Positions 53,290 through 58,795 of a stretch of 58,795 bases of DNA are shown one piece after another. A model generated the notes under the pieces. The model made no database searches. It saw nothing but the letters and a program-made list of their open reading frames with translations, and was not told where the DNA came from. Source of the DNA: an uncultured Bacilli bacterium (lineage in GTDB: Bacteria > Bacillota_I > Bacilli_A > RF39 > UBA660); the NCBI GenBank assembly GCA_947628145.1, contig CANQYU010000002.1:1-58795 (forward strand), given 5' to 3'. How positions within the stretch are numbered: position 1 is the stretch's first letter; each line of letters begins with the position of its first letter. The translations under genes and the position numbers were made by a program.

Positions 53290-55383
53290 TTAGTCTTCTT
53301 TTAATATTAATTCATTATTTGAAACATCGATTAAGATAGTAGAATTAGGTTTTAACTCTTCTTTAATGAGTTTATTAGCTAACATAGTTTCAAGATTATG
53401 AGTTACATATCTTTTAATTGGTCTTGCTCCATAAGCTTCGTCATAAGCTTCTGCGATTATAAAATCTTTAGCTTCTTTAGTAAGTTTTAAAGTAATATTA
53501 AGATTTTTTAAACGAATTTGAGTTTCATTAATTATTTTATCTAAAACATTATAAATAACATTTTTATTTAAAGAATTAAATATTACAATTTCGTCAATTC
53601 GATTAAGGAATTCTGGTTTAAAAGTATTTTTTAATGCTTCCATGACTTTTTCCTCATTATTCTCAAGAATATGTTCGCTTCCTAAGTTTGAGGTCATTAT
53701 TATAATAGTATTTTTAAAATCAATTAATTTACCAGTAGAATCAGTAATTCGACCTTCATCTAATATTTGCAATAAAATGTTGAAAATATCAGGATGAGCT
53801 TTTTCGATTTCATCAAATAAAACTATACTATAAGGGTTACGTCTTACTTTTTCGGTTAATTCTCCCCCTTCATTATAACCAACATATCCAGGAGGGGCTC
53901 CAATTAAACGGGAAACATTAAAGGCTTCCATATATTCGGAACAGTCAATTCTAATGATATGATGTTCATCATCAAATAATTCATAAGCAAGAGCTTTGGC
54001 TAATTCCGTTTTCCCTACTCCAGTTGGCCCTAAGAAAATAAAGGAGCCAATAGGTCTATTAGGGTCTTTAATACCGGAACGGGCCCTTATAATAGCGTCA
54101 CTTACTGAGGAAACGGCAGAATTTTGACCAATTACTCTTTTTTGTAAGTTATTTTTTAAGTTAAGAAGCTTTTCTTTTTCCCCACTTACAAGTTTTTCAA
54201 TAGGAATATTAGTCCATTTAGCAATAACCGCGGCGATATCTTCTTCCGTGACTACATCACTTAACATTTTAGAATTACTTTTAGCTTTTAAGTTTTCTAA
54301 TTCATTTTCTAATTTAGGAATTTCTCCATGACGAAGACGAGCGGCAGTTTCTAAGTCGTAATTATTTTCCGCCGTGGTAAGTTCAAATTTAGTACGTTCT
54401 AGTTCTTCTTTTTTCTTATTAATTTCATCATTTAAATTTTTTTCTTCAAGCCATTTAGAACGCATAATACTTTCTTCGTCTTTAAGCTCGGTTATTTCTT
54501 TATTTAATTCTTCTAAACGATTCTTAGATATTTCGTCTTTTTCTTTTTTAATAGCTTCTCTTTCAATTTCTAAGCTCATAATTTTACGAGTTAAAGTATC
54601 TAGGGAGGTAGGTACAGAGGCCATTTGCATTTTAATCGTGGCACAAGCTTCGTCAACTAAATCAATAGCTTTATCAGGTAAGAAACGGTCTGTAATATAT
54701 CTATTGGATAAGGTAGCCGCGCTTATTAAAGCATTATCTTTGATATTAACACTATGGAAAAGCTCAAATTTTTCTTTTAAACCACGTAAAATAGTGATAG
54801 TATCTTCAACATTTGGCTCATTTACAATAATTTTTTGTAAACGTCTTTCTAAAGCTCCATCTTTTTCGATATACTCTCGATACTCATTTAAAGTGGTTGC
54901 CCCGATAAGTCTTATTTCACCTCGAGCAAGCATAGGTTTTAGCATATTACCGGCATCCATGGCCCCTTCGGCCCCGGCGCCCACAATCATATGAATTTCG
55001 TCAATAAAAAGAATAATGTTACCTTCAGAAGCACTAATTTCTTTTAAAACCTTTTTTAATCTTTCTTCAAATTCACCACGATATTTAGCTCCAGCGATTA
55101 AGGAAGCTAAATCAAGAGACCAAATACGTTTATCTTTTAAAGTACTGGGAACATCGCCTTGGATAATTCTCATGGCTAAACCCTCGACAATGGCAGTTTT
55201 ACCTACCCCAGGTTCACCAATTAAAACCGGATTATTTTTAGTTTTACGTGATAAAATACGAATTATGCTTCTTATTTCTTCATCGCGCCCAATTACAGGG
55301 TCAATTTTATTTTTACGAGCTAATTCGGTAATGTCACGACCATATTTTTCTAAAACTTTTTCTTCTTCATTATTTGGTTCCAT
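53290..55383 (-). CDS. clpB: ClpB disaggregase lacking the N-terminal domain
   Basis: 697 aa from the ATG after AAGGGTGA. The protein begins at the [13 protein letters not shown] linker. It has [19 protein letters not shown], a long M-domain coiled coil, GPTGVGKTE and FDEIEKAH, and it lacks an IGF/VGF loop. Confidence 0.9.
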   Translation of the reverse strand: MEPNNEEEKVLEKYGRDITELARKNKIDPVIGRDEEIRSIIRILSRKTKNNPVLIGEPGVGKTAIVEGLAMRIIQGDVPSTLKDKRIWSLDLASLIAGAKYRGEFEERLKKVLKEISASEGNIILFIDEIHMIVGAGAEGAMDAGNMLKPMLARGEIRLIGATTLNEYREYIEKDGALERRLQKIIVNEPNVEDTITILRGLKEKFELFHSVNIKDNALISAATLSNRYITDRFLPDKAIDLVDEACATIKMQMASVPTSLDTLTRKIMSLEIEREAIKKEKDEISKNRLEELNKEITELKDEESIMRSKWLEEKNLNDEINKKKEELERTKFELTTAENNYDLETAARLRHGEIPKLENELENLKAKSNSKMLSDVVTEEDIAAVIAKWTNIPIEKLVSGEKEKLLNLKNNLQKRVIGQNSAVSSVSDAIIRARSGIKDPNRPIGSFIFLGPTGVGKTELAKALAYELFDDEHHIIRIDCSEYMEAFNVSRLIGAPPGYVGYNEGGELTEKVRRNPYSIVLFDEIEKAHPDIFNILLQILDEGRITDSTGKLIDFKNTIIIMTSNLGSEHILENNEEKVMEALKNTFKPEFLNRIDEIVIFNSLNKNVIYNVLDKIINETQIRLKNLNITLKLTKEAKDFIIAEAYDEAYGARPIKRYVTHNLETMLANKLIKEELKPNSTILIDVSNNELILKED

Positions 55384-55408
55384 TATAATCACCCTTTTTC
55401 TAAATATG

Positions 55409-55437
55409 ATTATAAAGCAAAAATTAGCACTTGTCAA
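55409..55437 (-). promoter_or_regulatory. Sigma-A-type promoter of clpB
   Basis: The minus strand reads TTGACA-17 nt-TATAAT, both hexamers at consensus. Confidence 0.7.
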
Positions 55438-55450
55438 TAGTAAGTGCTAA
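55424..55450 (-). promoter_or_regulatory. CIRCE element (HrcA operator) overlapping the clpB -35 box
   Basis: TTAGCACTT-N9-AAGTGCTAA compared with the consensus TTAGCACTC-N9-GAGTGCTAA. It matches 16/18 positions and is a perfect inverted repeat. Confidence 0.75.
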
Positions 55451-55473
55451 TTATAATTTTAAAAGAAATTTTA

Positions 55474-56199
55474 TTATTTAATAATAGATTCTAAGGCTAG
55501 TTTAAGCATATCATTTAACTTGGTTTCCCGATCTATTGGGCTTAAAACAACATTAGAATATTTAGAATCTACCACGGTCATTAAAGTAGTCGCCGGAACA
55601 TTTAAAGAGTTGGCAACATGTATGAGGCCAAAAGCTTCCATCTCTTCCGATAATATTTCATATTCTTTAGGAATACGACCTAAAACACGTTCAAAATCAA
55701 TATAAGGACCAAAAACATCCATAGTTGTAGTGGTACCATACAAAACTTTAAGATTTAATTCATCCGCGGTTTTTAAAATCGTTTTATTTAAAGCAGAATT
55801 AGCTTCCACCACATTCCCAACATAATTATTATAGGTATAAGCAAAATTAGATTCAGAATATATATCTTTAGTTAAAATTAAAGTTCCTATCTCAGCTTTA
55901 GGATTTACTGCCCCACAGGTGCCAATTCGAATTATTTTTTGAACATGAAAATAGTGGATAAGTTCAAAAACATATATACTAGCACTAGGCATTCCCATGC
56001 CATGAGCCATGACAGTTACAGGAACATTTTTATAAGTACCGGTATAGGCATACATACCACGAATTTCATTTTCTAAGGTGGCATTTTCTAAAAAATTTTC
56101 AGCAATATATTTAGCTCGCATAGGGTCACCAGGCATTATAACTAAGGGAGCAATATTTGCATCTTTATTAATATGAATAGGATTTTCGCCAATAAACAT
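55474..56199 (-). CDS. deoD: Purine nucleoside phosphorylase, DeoD type
   Basis: 241 aa with PGDPMRAKYIAE, GMGMPS, RIGTCG and EMEA. Confidence 0.9.
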   Translation of the reverse strand: MFIGENPIHINKDANIAPLVIMPGDPMRAKYIAENFLENATLENEIRGMYAYTGTYKNVPVTVMAHGMGMPSASIYVFELIHYFHVQKIIRIGTCGAVNPKAEIGTLILTKDIYSESNFAYTYNNYVGNVVEANSALNKTILKTADELNLKVLYGTTTTMDVFGPYIDFERVLGRIPKEYEILSEEMEAFGLIHVANSLNVPATTLMTVVDSKYSNVVLSPIDRETKLNDMLKLALESIIK

Positions 56200-56253
56200 C
56201 TTTTCAACCTCTCTTCAATTATATATTATCATATATTTTTAGTTTTGGAAATA

Positions 56254-57483
56254 CTACTTTGTTAGTTCCTCTTCAATACGAATTAAACGATTATATTTAG
56301 CAATACGTTCACCTCGGGACATTGAACCTGTTTTAATAAAAGGAATAGATAAACCAATAGCAAAGTCAGAAATAAATGTATCTTCCGTTTCCCCACTACG
56401 GTGGGAAATAATTAATTTATAGTTATGACGACGAGCATAAATGATAGTTTTAAGCATTTCCGTGACTGTACCTATTTGATTAGCTTTTAAAAGAATAGCA
56501 TTACCAGCATTATATCTTATGCCCTTTTCTAAATATTTTATATTTGTAACAAAATAATCGTCTCCCACGACCATGACTTTTTCGCCAATTAATTTAGTTA
56601 AAACAGCTAAAGATTCAAAATCATTTTCTTCAAAGGGGTCTTCTATACTAATAATAGGATATTTATTTACTAAAGTTATATAATATTTAATTAATTCATC
56701 ACTAGTTAAATTATTATTATCTAAATGATATTTTTTAGTTTCTTGATTATAAAGTTGAGAAGCGGCAATATCTAAAGCAATAAATACATCTTTTCCAGGA
56801 GTATAACCAGCTTTAGTTATAGCTTCCATAATTAAGTCTAAAGCTAAATTATTATATTCTAAATTAGGGGCAAATCCTCCTTCATCACCTACTCCAGTAT
56901 TTAAATTTTGACTTTTTAAAATATTTTTTAATTCATGAAAAATTTCACTTGCCACCCTTACTCTTTCTTTAATAGTTTTTACCACGGGTACTAACATAAA
57001 TTCTTGAATATCTAAATTATTATCGGCATGAGCTCCACCATTTATTATATTAACCATAGGAATAGGAAGAGCAACTTTGCCACTTGATAAATAAGAATAA
57101 AGTTCTTTATTTTCTAATTTAGCCGCGGCTTTAAGGGAAGCAAGAGATACAGCTAGTAAAGCATTGGCTCCCAATCTACTTTTATCCTCGGTTCCGTCTA
57201 ATGCTAATAAAGTTTTATCTATACTTACTTGTTCTAATTCTTGGCCAACTAAAGCATTTTTAATGATAGTATTAACATTATTTACCGCTTTTAAAACCCC
57301 TTTTCCATGATATCTAGTTTCATTATCCCGTAATTCTAAAGCTTCTTTAGCTCCCGTTGAGGCACCTGAGGGAACACTTGCTTGAGTATGAATACCATTA
57401 TCTAGAAAAAGTTCCACCTCGACGGTAGGCTCCCCACGACTATCTAAAATTTCGCGACCAATTAAATTAACAATTTTTGCCAT
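56254..57483 (-). CDS. eno: Enolase
   Basis: 409 aa with REILDSRGEPTVEVE, SGASTG, GDEGGFAP and SHRSGETED. Confidence 0.95.
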   Translation of the reverse strand: MAKIVNLIGREILDSRGEPTVEVELFLDNGIHTQASVPSGASTGAKEALELRDNETRYHGKGVLKAVNNVNTIIKNALVGQELEQVSIDKTLLALDGTEDKSRLGANALLAVSLASLKAAAKLENKELYSYLSSGKVALPIPMVNIINGGAHADNNLDIQEFMLVPVVKTIKERVRVASEIFHELKNILKSQNLNTGVGDEGGFAPNLEYNNLALDLIMEAITKAGYTPGKDVFIALDIAASQLYNQETKKYHLDNNNLTSDELIKYYITLVNKYPIISIEDPFEENDFESLAVLTKLIGEKVMVVGDDYFVTNIKYLEKGIRYNAGNAILLKANQIGTVTEMLKTIIYARRHNYKLIISHRSGETEDTFISDFAIGLSIPFIKTGSMSRGERIAKYNRLIRIEEELTK

Positions 57484-57544
57484 TAATACATCAACTGCTT
57501 TCTATATAAAGTATACCAAAAAAATAGATTTTTAAGCAATATTT

Positions 57545-58639
57545 TTGATTTTAAAGGCATTATTTGACAAAAATTTGGAAGTTCCTAAATTATGCATAGA
57601 CTTAATAAAAAGATTTTGTTACAATTTAAGTATGGTGAAGCTCATGGAGTATATAAATTATATAGATATTAAAATTGATAATTTACAAGATAATATTGAT
57701 TATTTTAGAAATCATTATAATTATAAATATTATATTTTAGATGTAAGTAATAATGCTTTTTATCATGGAATGTATATAATTAATCAAATTAAAAATATTG
57801 ATTATTTATATGTCAATAATTTTAAAGATTTATTACTAGTAAGAAAATATAATAAAAAAATACCCACTATATATAGTGGAAATATTGATGAAAATAATAT
57901 TTATGATTTAATTATGAATAACGCTATTTTAGTAATTAGAAATTATGATTTTAAAGATTATGAAGAAATTAAAGATGATGTAGAAATAATTATAAGTATT
58001 GATATTAAAGGTTATAATGGGTTTAAAAATAAAGAAGAAATTAGAGATTTGGGGAATTTAATAAAGAATAACAAACATATCAAAGTTTTAGGTTTAATAG
58101 CGAATATTGAAGAGGAAGATTATACTTATTTTAAAGAAATTACCTTACCATTAAGAGATTTAAATCTTTTTATTCTGAATAATGAGCTGGATAAAAATAA
58201 AATTAAAGGTTCTAATGCTATAAAACTCGATAATTCAATATATGGAATTAATAAAGAAAAAAAAGAATTATTTAAAAAGGAAATTAAACCTTTTAAGCAA
58301 GCTTTTACTTTATATTCCAAAATAACTATGATTACTAAGGAAAGACAAAAGAAAAAAGAAATAATATTAGGAGTAATACCTTTAGGATTATTAAAGGGAA
58401 TGCCGGAAAATATTAAAAAAGTACGAATTAACAATAAATTTTATGAAATTTATAAAATATTAGAGGAATATTCTTTAATTATTATTGATGATGATGTTAA
58501 ATTAAAAGAAATAGTAGAAATAACTGGTAAAAATAATCCTTTAGAAAATTATATTCAAGGAAATATTTATGCTTATTTAAGTATGTTAGAAGAAATTGGA
58601 GTAATTATTTATAATGGAGAAAGGAAATTAGTATATTAA
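57545..58639 (+). CDS. Alanine-racemase-fold protein lacking the catalytic Lys and Tyr (start uncertain; ATG at 57632 or 57644 is plausible)
   Basis: It is collinear with Alr blocks. DVSNNAFYHG aligns with VVKANAYGHG, and IPLGLLKGMP aligns with IPIGYADGYP. Confidence 0.65.
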   Translation: MILKALFDKNLEVPKLCIDLIKRFCYNLSMVKLMEYINYIDIKIDNLQDNIDYFRNHYNYKYYILDVSNNAFYHGMYIINQIKNIDYLYVNNFKDLLLVRKYNKKIPTIYSGNIDENNIYDLIMNNAILVIRNYDFKDYEEIKDDVEIIISIDIKGYNGFKNKEEIRDLGNLIKNNKHIKVLGLIANIEEEDYTYFKEITLPLRDLNLFILNNELDKNKIKGSNAIKLDNSIYGINKEKKELFKKEIKPFKQAFTLYSKITMITKERQKKKEIILGVIPLGLLKGMPENIKKVRINNKFYEIYKILEEYSLIIIDDDVKLKEIVEITGKNNPLENYIQGNIYAYLSMLEEIGVIIYNGERKLVY

Positions 58640-58698
58640 TTTCTTTTTTATTGCCACCTTTTCGCCACCTTAGAGTTTTATAAAAAAATTGGTAACAA

Positions 58699-58728
58699 GA
58701 AAAAAAAGTTTATGTTTCCCCATAAACT
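58699..58728 (-). terminator. Rho-independent terminator downstream of tRNA-Lys
   Basis: The minus strand reads AGTTTATG-GGGAAA-CATAAACT followed by TTTTTTTT. Confidence 0.6.
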
Positions 58729-58741
58729 CTAGATTTCTAAA

Positions 58742-58795
58742 TGGTGGCTCGCGAGAGATTCGAACTCTCGACCCTTTGATTAAAAGTCAAATGCT
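58742..58795 (-). tRNA. tRNA-Lys (anticodon UUU), 5' part cut by window edge
   Basis: Reverse complement reads ...AGCATTTGACTTTTAATCAAAGGGTCGAGAGTTCGAATCTCTCGCGAGCCACCA, with anticodon loop CTTTTAA, a T-arm and CCA. Confidence 0.85.

Noticed and set aside
55384-55437. N-terminal extension of clpB in the ORF track ([18 protein letters not shown])
   Set aside because: This stretch contains the consensus -10/-35 promoter and the CIRCE operator. The internal ATG at 55383 has a proper RBS.
1894-58434. Many 60-200-aa ORFs antisense to, or out of frame within, long genes. They are 1894-2085, 5301-5489, 5757-6038, 6011-6193, 8441-8731, 10689-10871, 11589-11789, 17681-18004, 22422-22637, 23040-23273, 24098-24322, 24316-24504, 24752-25078 and 25122-25325. 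The rest are 26012-26251, 30770-30952, 35785-35976, 36691-36957, 45257-45484, 46806-47135, 48447-48644, 52178-52369, 54374-54994, 55016-55450, 55520-55705 and 58126-58434.
   Set aside because: Each is fully nested in a longer ORF with clear family motifs. They have low-complexity Leu/Ile/Phe/Ser/Lys-rich translations, lack RBSs, and are the shadow frames expected in a very AT-rich genome.

Overview
This is a very AT-rich chromosomal segment, well over two-thirds A+T by eye. It comes from a low-GC Bacillota-type bacterium that makes a meso-DAP peptidoglycan wall (murC, murE with DNPR motif, dapF, uppP). It also appears to form endospores (spoVID-ysxE-like pair, CotS/YutH-like kinase next to a yutI-like NifU gene, yutD-like gene). 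About 55 genes are present, mostly on the minus strand, and most are housekeeping. They include htpG, rpmB, a rumA-type methyltransferase, murC, dusB, pduL, murE, dapF, a Cys/Met PLP enzyme, folA, thyA, clpC-like, ylxM, ftsY, ftsK, nth, dnaD, cca, miaA, mscL, miaB, uppP, clpB, deoD and eno. RNA genes are a partial tRNA-fMet, tRNA-Ser(UGA), a partial tRNA-Lys(UUU), and a tRNA-Leu(UAA) interrupted by a 274-nt group I intron at the cyanobacterial/plastid position. Two accessory clusters stand out. (1) At 2.8-12.4 kb there is a seven-gene minus-strand operon with two archaeal/ER-type (SipW-like) signal peptidases. It also carries several TasA/BsaA-like secreted proteins that share one N-terminal motif, and a 919-aa multidomain surface protein whose C-terminus is another TasA-like domain. 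The operon opens with a 669-aa lipoprotein built from about 8 His/Cys-rich repeat modules. Two more paralogous SipW-substrate-like genes lie 35 kb away (47.1-48.5 kb). (2) At 20.4-26.3 kb there is a tightly coupled four-gene minus-strand operon. It encodes two Cys-rich surface proteins anchored by a shared VirB2-like two-helix C-terminal module, a VirB6/TcpH-like polytopic protein with a long coiled-coil tail, and a small cytoplasmic protein. No ATPase, relaxase or integrase is nearby. Smaller oddities are CIRCE operators on clpB and htpG, an N-domain-less ClpB, a D1-only Clp-like AAA+ protein, and an alanine-racemase-fold protein lacking both catalytic residues. All family assignments rest on motif recognition by eye; no searches were run.
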